A program made the translations under genes and the position numbers. The notes below the pieces were generated by a model. That model worked only from the letters and a program-made list of their open reading frames with translations. It was not told the origin of the DNA and searched no databases. Below, piece after piece: positions 54,711-64,000 of a DNA stretch of 64,000 bases (positions are counted from its first letter, which is position 1; the number at the start of each line of letters is the position of its first letter). Location: the NCBI RefSeq assembly GCF_009914755.1, contig NC_060933.1, one strand, 5' to 3'. The stretch comes from the human T2T-CHM13v2.0 reference genome, Homo sapiens.

Positions 54711-57700
54711 GACTGGAATGGAATGGAATGGAATGGAATCAACTCGATTGTAATGGAATGGAATGGAATGGAATGGAATGGAATGGAATGGAATGGAATT
54801 AACCCGAATTCAATGGAATGGAATGGAATGGAACGGAATGGAGAGGAATGGAATGGAATCAACCCGAGTGCAGGGGAATGGAATGGAATGGAATGCAATG
54901 GAATGGAATCATCCGGAATGGAATGGAATGGAATGGAGTGCAAAGCAATGGAATCAACTCGATTGCAATGGAATGGAATGGAATGGAAAGGAATACATTG
55001 GAATCAACCCGAGGGGAATGGAATGGAAAGGACTGGAATGGAGTGGAATGGAATGGAATGGAATGGAATGGAATGGAATCAACCCCATTGGAATGGAATG
55101 GAATGGAATGGAATTAACCGGAATAGAATGGAATGGAATGGAATGGAATGGAACGGAAAGGAACGGAATGGAATGGAATGGAATGGAATGGAATGGAATG
55201 GAATCAACCCGACTGCAGGAGAATGGAATGGAATGGAATGGAATGGAATGGAATGGAATGGAATCATCCGGAACGGAATGGAACGGAATGGAATGGAATC
55301 AACTCGATTGCAATGGAATGAATGGAATGGAATGGAATGGAATGGAATGGAATGGAATGGAATGGAATCAACCCGAGTGCAGGGGAATGGAATGGAATGG
55401 AATGCAATGGAATGGAATCATCCGTAATGGAATGGAAAGGAATGGAATGGAATGGAATGGAATGGAATGGAATGGAATCAACTCGATTGCAATCGAATGG
55501 AATGGAATGGAATTAACCCGAATAGAATGGAACGGAATGGAATGGAACGGAACGGAATGGAATGGAATGGAATGGAATGGAATGGAACGGAAAGGAAGGG
55601 AATGGAATGGAATAGAATGGAATGGAATGGAATCAACGCGAGTGTAGGGGAATGGAATGGAATGGAATGCAATGGAATGGAATCTTCCGGAATGGAATGG
55701 AATGGAATGGAATGGAATGGAATCAACCCGAGTGCAATGGAATGGAGTGGAATGGAATAGAATGGAATGGAACAACCCGAATGTAATGGAATGTAATGGA
55801 GAGTAAGGGAGTTGAATAGAATCAATCCGAATGAAATGGAATGGAATGGAACGGAATGGAATTGAATGGAATGGAATGGAATGCAATGGAATGGAATCAA
55901 CCCAAGTGCAATGGAATGGAGAGGAATGGAATGCAATGGAATGGAAACTACCCGAATGGAATGGAATGTAATGGAGTGTAAGTGAATTGAATAGAATCAA
56001 TCTGAATGTAATGAAACGGAATGGAACGGAATGGAATGGAATGGAATGGAATGGAATGGAATGCAATGGAATGCAGTCAACCCGAGTGCAATCGAATGGA
56101 ATCGAATGGAATGGAATGCCATGGAATGGATTCAACTTGAATGGAATGGAAAGAATGGAATCAACACGAGTGGAATGGCATGGATTGGAATGGAATGGAA
56201 TGGAATCAACCCGAGTACAGGGGAATGGAATAGAATGGAATGCAAAGGAATGGAATCATCCGTAATGGAATGGAAAGGAATGGAATGGAATGGAATGGAA
56301 TGCAATGGAATGGAATGGAAACAACTCGATTGCAATCGAATGGAATGGAATGGAATTAACCCGAATAGAATGGAATGGAATGGAATGGAACGGAATGGAA
56401 TGGAATGGAATGTAATGGAATGGAATGGAATGGAACGGAACGGAACGGAATGGAATGGAATGGAATGGAATGGAATGGAATGGAATCAACGCGAGTGCAG
56501 GGGAATGGAATGGAATGGAATGCAACGGAATGGAATCCTCCTGAATGGAAGGGAATGGAATGGAATGGAATGAAATGCAATGGATTCAACTGGATTGCAA
56601 TGGAATGGAATAGAATGGAATGGAATGGAATGGAATGGAATTAATCCGAATAGAATGGAATGGAATGGAATGGAACGGAATGGAACGGAATGGAATGGAA
56701 TGGAATGGAATGGAATGGTATGGAATGGAATGGAATGGTACGGAATAGAATGGAATGGAACGAATTGTAATGGAATGGAATTGAATGGAATGGAATGGAA
56801 TGGAATGGAATCAACGTGAGTGCAGGGGAATGTAATGGAACGGAATGCAATGGAATGGAATCATCCGGAATGGAATGGAATGGAATGGAATGGAATGGAA
56901 TGGAATGGAATCAACCCGAGTGCAATGGAATGGAGTGGAATGGAATGGAATGGAATGGAACAACCCGAATGGAATGGAATGTAATGGAGAGTAAGGGAGT
57001 TGAATAGAATCAATCCGAATGTAATGGAATGGAATGCAACGGAATGGAATGGAATGGAATGGAATGGAATGCAATGGAATTGAATCAACCCTAGTACAAT
57101 GGAATGGAATGGAATGGAATGGAACGGAATGGAATGGAATGCCTTCAAACCGAATGGAATGGAAAGGAATGGAATCAACACGAGTGGAATGGAATGGAAT
57201 GGAATGGAATGGAATGGAATGGAATGATACGGAATAGAATGGAATGGAACGAAATGGAATGGAATGGAATGGAATGGAATGGAATGGAATGGAACGGAAT
57301 CGTTCCGAGTGGAATAGGAGGGAATATATTCGAGTGGAATGGAAAGGAATGGAATCAACCAGAGTGGAATGGAAGGGAATGGAATGGAATGGAAACTAAT
57401 AGAATGGAATCAACCTGAGTGGAATGGAATGGAAAGGACTGGAATGGAAAGGAATGGAATGGAATGGAATGGAATGGAATGGAATGGAATGGAATCAACG
57501 CGAGTGCAGGGGAATGGAATGGAATCGAATGGAATGGAATGGAATGGAATGGAATCAACCCGAGTGCAGGGGAATGTAATGGAACGGAATGCAATGGAAT
57601 GGAATCATCCGGAATGGAATGGAATGGAATGGAATGGAATGGAATCAACCCGAGTGCAATGGAATGGAGTGGAATGAAATGGAATGGAATGGAACAACCC

Positions 57701-59074
57701 GAATGGCATGGAATGTAATGGAGAGTAAAGGAGTTGAAAAGAATCAATCCGAATGTAATGGAATGGAATGGAACGGAATGGAATGGAATGGAATGGAATG
57801 CAATGTAATGGAATCAAACCGAGTACAATGGAATGGAATGGAATGGAATGGAATGGAATGGAATGGAATGGAATGCAATGGAATGGAATCTTCCGGAATG
57901 GAATGGAATGGAATGGAATGGAATGGAATGGAATGGAATGGAATGGAATGCAATGCATTCAACTCGATTGCAATGGAATGGAATAGAATGCAATGGAATG
58001 GAATGGAATGGAATTAAACCGAATAGAATGGAATGGAATGGAATGGAACGGAACGGAAAGGAACGGATCGGAACGGAGTGGAATGGAATGGAATGGAATT
58101 GTATGGAATGGAATGGAATGGTACGGAATAGAATGGAATGGAAAGAATTGGAATGGAATGGAATGGAATGGAATGGAATGGAATGGAATGGAATGGAATG
58201 GAATCAACCCGAGTGCAGGGGAATGTAATGGAACGGAATGCAATGGAATGGAATGGAATGGAATGGAATCAACCCGAGTGCAATGGAATGGAGTGGAATG
58301 GAATGGAATGCCTTCAAACCGAATGGAATGGAAAGGAATGGAATCAACACGAGTGGAATGGAATGGAATGGAATGGAATGGAATGGAATGGAATGATACG
58401 GAATAGAATGGAATGGAACGAAATGGAATGGAATGGAATGGAATGGAATGGAATGGAATGGAATGCAATGGAATGGAATCTTCCGGAATGGAATGGAATG
58501 GAATGGAATGGAATGGAATGCAATGGATTCAACTCGATTGCAATGGAATGGAATAGAATGGAATGGAATGGAATGGAATGGAATTAAACCGAAGAGAATG
58601 CAATGGAATGGAATAGAACGGAACGGAACGGAACGGAACGGAACGGAGTGCAATGGAATGGAATGGAATTTTATGGAATGGAATGGAATAGTACGGAATA
58701 GAATGGAATGGAAAGAATTGGAATGGAATGGAATCGAATGGAATGGAAAGCAATGGAATGGAATCAACCCGAGTGCAATGGAATGGAGAGGAATGGAATG
58801 GAATGGAATGGAACAACCCGAATGGAATGGAATGTAATGGAGAGTAAGGGAGTTGAATAGAATCAATCCGAATGTAATGGAATGGAATGGAACGGAATGG
58901 AATTGAATGGAATGGAATGGAATGCAATGGAATGGAATCAACCCGAGTGCAATGGAATGGAGAGGAATGGAATGGAATGGAATGGAAACTACCCGAATGG
59001 AATGAATGTAATGGAGTATAAGGGAATTGAATAGAATCAATCTGAATGGAATGGAATGGAATGGAACGGAATGT

Positions 59075-62000
59075 AATGGAATGGAATGGAATTAACCCGA
59101 ATAGAATGGAATGGAATGGAATGGAAAGGAATGGAAGGGAATGGAATGGAATGGAATGGAATGGAATGGAATGGAATGGAATGGAATGCTATGGAATGGA
59201 ATGGAATGGAACGGAATAGAATGGAATGGAACGAATTGGAATGGAATGGAATCGAATGGAATGGAATGGAATGGAACGGAATCAACGCGAGTACAATGGA
59301 ATGGAATGGAATGGAATGGAATGGAATGGAATGGAATTGAATGGAATGGAATGACTTCAAACAGAATGGAATGGAAAGGAATGGAATCAACACGAGTGGA
59401 ATGGAATGGAATGGAATGGAAGGGAATGGAATGGTACGGAATAGAATGCAATGGAACGAAATGGAATGGAATGGAATGGAAAGGAATGGAATGGAATCGT
59501 TCCGAGTTGAATAGGAGGGAATGTATTGGAGTGGAATGGAAAGGAATGGAATCAACCAGAGTGGAATGGAAGGGAATGGAATGGAATGGAAACAAATAGA
59601 ATGGAATCAACCCGAGTGGAATGGAATGGAAAAGACTGGAATGGAATGGAATGGAATGGAATGGAATCGAATGGAATGGAATGGAATGGAATGGAATGGA
59701 ATGGAATCAACCCGAGTACAATGGAATGGAATGGAATGCAATGGAATGGAATGGAATGGAATGGAATGGATTCAACTTGAATGGAATGGAAAGAATGGAA
59801 TCAACACGAGTGGAATGGCATGGATTGGAATGGAATGGAATGGAATCAACCCAAGTACAGGGGAACGGAATGGAATGGAATGTAATGCAATGGAATGGAA
59901 TCATCCGTAATGGAATGGAAAGGAATGGAATGGAATGGAACGGAACGGATCGGAACGGAATGGAATGGAATGGAATGGAATGGAATGGAATCAACGCGAG
60001 TGCAGGGGAATGGAATGGAATGGAATGCAATGGAATGGAATCTTCCGGAATGGAATGGAATGGAATGGAATGGATTCAACTCGATTGCAATGGAATGGAA
60101 TAGAATGGAATGGAATGGAATGGAATGGAATGGAATGGAATTAACCCGAATAGAAAGGAATGGAATGGAATGGAACGGAAAGGAACGGAACGGAATGGAA
60201 TGGAATGGAATGCAATGGAATGGAATGGAATTGTATGGAATGGAATGGAATGGTACGGAATAGAATAGAATGGAAAGAATGAGAATGGAATGGAATGGAA
60301 TGGAATGGAATGGAGTGGAATGGAGTCAACCTGAGAACATGGGAATGTAATGGAACGGAATGCATTGGAATGGAATCATCCGGAATGGAATGGAATGGAA
60401 TGGAATGGAATGGAATGGAATGGAATGGAATCAACCCTAGTGCAATGGAATGGAGTGGAATGGAATGGAATGGAATGGAACAACCCGAATGGAATGGAAT
60501 GTAATGGAGAGTAAGGGAGTTGAATAGAATCAATCCGAATGTAATGGAATGGAATGGAACGGAATGGAATGGAATGGAATGGAATGGAATGGAATGGAAT
60601 GGAATGGAATGGAATCAACCCGAGTACAATGGAATGGAATGGAATGGAATGGAATGGAATGGAATGGAATGGAATGGAATGGAATGGAATGGAATCGTTC
60701 CGAGTGCAATAGGAGGGAATGTATTCGAGTGGAATGGAAAGGAATGGAATCAACCAGAGTGGAATGGAAGGGAATGGAATGGAATGAAAACTAATAGAAT
60801 GGAATCAACCCGAGTGGAATGGAATGGAAAGGACTGGAATGGAATGGAATGGAATGGAATGGAATGGAATGGAATGGAATCAACTCGATTGTAATGGAAT
60901 GGATTGGAATGGAATGGAATGGAATGGAATTAACCCGAATACAATGGAATGAAATGGAATGGAACGGAATGGAGTGGAATGGAATGGAATCAACCCGAGT
61001 GCAGGAGAATGGAATGGAATGGAATGCAATGGAATGGAATCATCCGGAATGGAATGGAATGGAATGGAATGCAAAGCAATGGAATCAAGGCGATTGCAAT
61101 GGAATGGAATGGAAAGGAATAGAATGGAATCAACCCGAGTGGAATGGAATGGAATGGAATGGAATGGAATGGAATTAACCCGAATAGAATGGAATGGAAT
61201 GGAATGGAATGGAACGGAATGGAATGGAATGGAATGGAATGGAATCAACCCGACTGCAGGGGAATGAAATGGAATGGAATGCAATGGAATGGAATCATCC
61301 GGAACGGAATGGAATGGAATGGAAAGGAATCAACTCGATTGCAATGGAATGGAATGGAATGGAATGGAATGGAATGGAATGGAATGGAATGGAATTAACC
61401 CGAATAGAATGGAATGAATGGAATGGAAAGGAATGGAAGGTAATGGAAAGGAATGTAATCAACCCGAGTGCAGGGGAATGGAATGGAATGGAATGCAATG
61501 GAATGGAATCATCCGGAATGGAATGGAATGGAATGGAATGCAATCAACCCGATGCAATTGAATGGAGTGGAATGGAATGGAATGGAATGGAAACATCTCG
61601 AATGGAATGGAATGTAATGGAGTGTAAGGGAATTGAATAGAATCAATCCGAATGTAATGGAATGGAATGGAATGAAATGGAATGGAATGGAATGGAATGG
61701 AATCAACCCGAGTGCAATGGAAAGGATTCGAATGGAATGGAATGGAATGGAATGGATTCAAGAAGAATGGAATGGAAAGGAATGGAATCAAACCAAGTGT
61801 AATGGCATGGAATGGAATGGAATGGAATGGGATGGAATGGAATGGTACGTAATAGAATGTAATGGAATGAAATGGAATGGAATGGAATGGAATGAAATGG
61901 AGTAGAATTGAATGGAATGAACCCGTGTGCAATGGAATGGAATGGAATGGAATGGAATGGATTCAACTCGAATGGAATCAACTAAATTGCAATGGAATGG

Positions 62001-64000
62001 AATGGAATGGAAAGGAATAGAATGGAATCAACCCGAGTGGAATGGAATGGAAAGGACTGGAATGGAGTGGAATGGAATTGAATGGAATTAACCCGAATAG
62101 AATGGAATGCAATGGAATGGAACGGAATGTAATGGAATGGAATGGAATGGAATCAACCCGAGTGCAGGGGAATGGAATGGAATGGAATGCAATGGAATGG
62201 AATCATTCGGAATGGAATGGAATGGAATGGAATCAACGCGATTTCAATGGAATGGAATGGAATAGAATGGAATGGAATTAACACGAAAAGAATGGAATGG
62301 AATGGAATGGAATCAACCCAAGTGCAGGGGAATGGAATGGAATGGAATTCAATGGAATGGAATCATCCGGAATGGAATAGAATGGAATGGAATGGAATGG
62401 AATGGAATGGAATGGAATGGAATGGAATCAACCCGAGTGCAATGGAATGGAGAGGAATGGAATGCAATGGAATGGAAACTACCCGAATGGAATATAATGT
62501 AATGGAGTGTAAGGGAATTGAATAGAATCAATCCGAATGTAATGAAATGGAATGGAACGGAATGGAATGGAATGGAATGGAATGGAATGGAATGCAATGG
62601 AACGGAACTAACCCGAGTGCAATCGAATGGAATCGAATGGAATGGAATGCAATGGAATGGATTCAACTTGAATGGAATGGAAAGAATGGAATCAACACGA
62701 GTGGAATGGCATGGATTGGAATGGAATGGAATGGAATCAACCCGAGTACAGGGGAATGGAATGGAATGGAATGCAATGGAATGGAATCTTCCGGAATGGA
62801 AAGGAATGGAATGGAATGGAATGGAATCAACTCGATTGCAATCGCATGGAATGGAATGGAATTAACCCGAATAGAATGGAATGGAATGGAATGGAACGGA
62901 ACGGAACGGAACGGAATGGAATGGAATGGAATGGAATGGAACGGAATGGAACGGAATGGAATGGAATGGAATGCAATGGAATGGAATCTTCCGGAATGGA
63001 ATGGAATGGAATGGAATGGAATGCAATGGATTCAACTCGATTGCAATGGAATGGAATAGAATGGAATGGAATGGAATGGAATGGAATTAACCCGAATAGA
63101 ATGGAATGGAATGGAACGGAACGGAACGGAACGGAATGGAATGGAAAGGAATGGAATGGAATGGAATGGAATGGAATTGTATGGAATGGAATGGAATGGT
63201 ACGGAATAGAATGGAATGGAAAGAATTGGAATGGAATGGAATGGAATGGAATGGAATGGAATGGAATGGAATCAACCCGAGTGCAGGGGAATGTAATGGA
63301 ACGGAATGCAATTGAATGGAATCATCCGGAATGGAATGGAATGGAATGGAATGGAATGGAGTGGAATGGAATGGAATCAACCTGAGTGCAATGGAATGGA
63401 GTGGAATGGAATGGAATGGAATGGAACAACCCGAATAGAATGGAATGTAATGGAGAGTAAGGGAGTTGAATAGAATCAATCCGAATGCAATGGAATGGAA
63501 TGGAACGGAATGGAATGGAATGGAATTGAATGGAATGCAATGGAATGGAATCAACGCGAGTACAATGGAATGGAATGGAATGGAATGGAATGGAATGGAA
63601 TGGAATGGAATCAACCTGACTGCAATGGAATGGAGAGGAATGGAATGGAATGGAATGGAATGGAATTAACCCGAATACAATGGAATGCAATGGAATGGTA
63701 CGGAATGGAGTGGAATGGAATGGAATCAACCCCAGTGCAGGGGAATGGAATGGAATGGAATGGAATGGAATGGAATCATCCGGAATGGAATGGAATGGAA
63801 TGGAATGCAAAGCAATGGAATCAACTCGATTGCAATGGAATGGAATGGAATGGAAAGGAATAGAATGGAATCAACCCGAGTGGAAAGGAATGGATAGGAC
63901 TGGAATGGAGTGGAATGGAATGGAATGGAATGGAATGGAATCAACCCGAGTGCAATGGAATGGAGAGGAATGGAATGGAATGGAATGGAAACTACCCGAA
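59075..64000 (+). repeat. Dispersed copy B of 23.5-28.4 kb (runs off the window end)
   Basis: Shares private markers with copy A: GAATGCTAT, GACTTCAAACAG, CGAGTTGAATAGG, CAACCTGAGAACATGG, CAAGGCGATT and CAACTAAATT. Differs by a few substitutions and 5/10-bp run-length changes. Confidence 0.93.

Larger units (their letters stand above)
1..64000 (+). repeat. Human Satellite 3 (HSat3/SatIII) array, (GGAAT)n with interspersed CAACCCGA(G/A)T; heterochromatin of pericentromeric or acrocentric type
   Basis: Continuous GGAAT pentamer from base 1 to 64000, with long pure runs and very frequent CAACCCGAGT/CAACCCGAAT, CAACTCGATT and TTAACCCGAAT interruptions. CAACCCGA(G/A)T, the reverse complement of A(T/C)TCGGGTTG, is the classical Satellite 3 signature. 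Subfamily and chromosome cannot be assigned by eye. Confidence 0.98.

Noticed and set aside
300-62800. CRISPR-like pattern of conserved cassettes separated by variable stretches
   Set aside because: The intervening sequence is the same pentamer rather than unique spacers, spacing is irregular, and there are no cas genes. This is eukaryotic satellite DNA.
7-63944. Hundreds of ORFs up to 349 aa (MEWNG..., FHSIP...), e.g. 54378-55427, 32812-33810 and 41062-42060
   Set aside because: Pure GGAAT has no stop codon in any frame and an ATG every 5 bp on the + strand, so overlapping low-complexity ORFs arise in all frames. There are no domains or other signs of gene structure.
1-64000. Assignment as HSat2, DYZ1 or a specific HSat3 subfamily or chromosome
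   Set aside because: Long pure GGAAT runs with CAACCCGA(G/A)T argue against HSat2, and there is no regular ~3.5 kb homogeneous period as in DYZ1. Finer assignment needs k-mer classification that I cannot run.
1-64000. Alu/L1/ERV insertions, alpha satellite/CENP-B boxes, telomeric repeats, inversion breakpoints
   Set aside because: I saw no poly(A), no stretch of non-pentamer-derived sequence longer than a few tens of bases, no TTAGGG array and no CATTC-oriented tract.

Overview
The whole 64 kb window is one uninterrupted array of human/hominid classical Satellite 3 (HSat3/SatIII): (GGAAT)n on the + strand, punctuated by the diagnostic decamer CAACCCGA(G/A)T and its variants. I see no gene, RNA gene, retroelement insertion, CRISPR array or strand switch. 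All listed ORFs (MEWNG/FHSIP repeats) are artefacts of translating a pentamer. The information lies in the array's architecture. (1) A near-perfect ~8.25 kb head-to-tail duplication (~25,623-33,872 / ~33,873-42,122). (2) A slightly older dispersed copy of ~23.5-28.4 kb at ~59.1-64.0 kb (offset ~35.6 kb). (3) Several smaller duplications with offsets of 250, ~295, ~320, ~390, ~915, 1,488 and ~1,800 bp. (4) A fixed cyclic order of about 13 variant cassettes, suggesting a degenerate ~3 kb ancestral unit. (5) About 27 copies of a one-base variant that creates a perfect three-unit heat-shock element, gGAAtcTTCcgGAAt. I found no evidence of a new protein-coding system. All counts and offsets were read by eye from the sequence and ORF track and need confirming by alignment.
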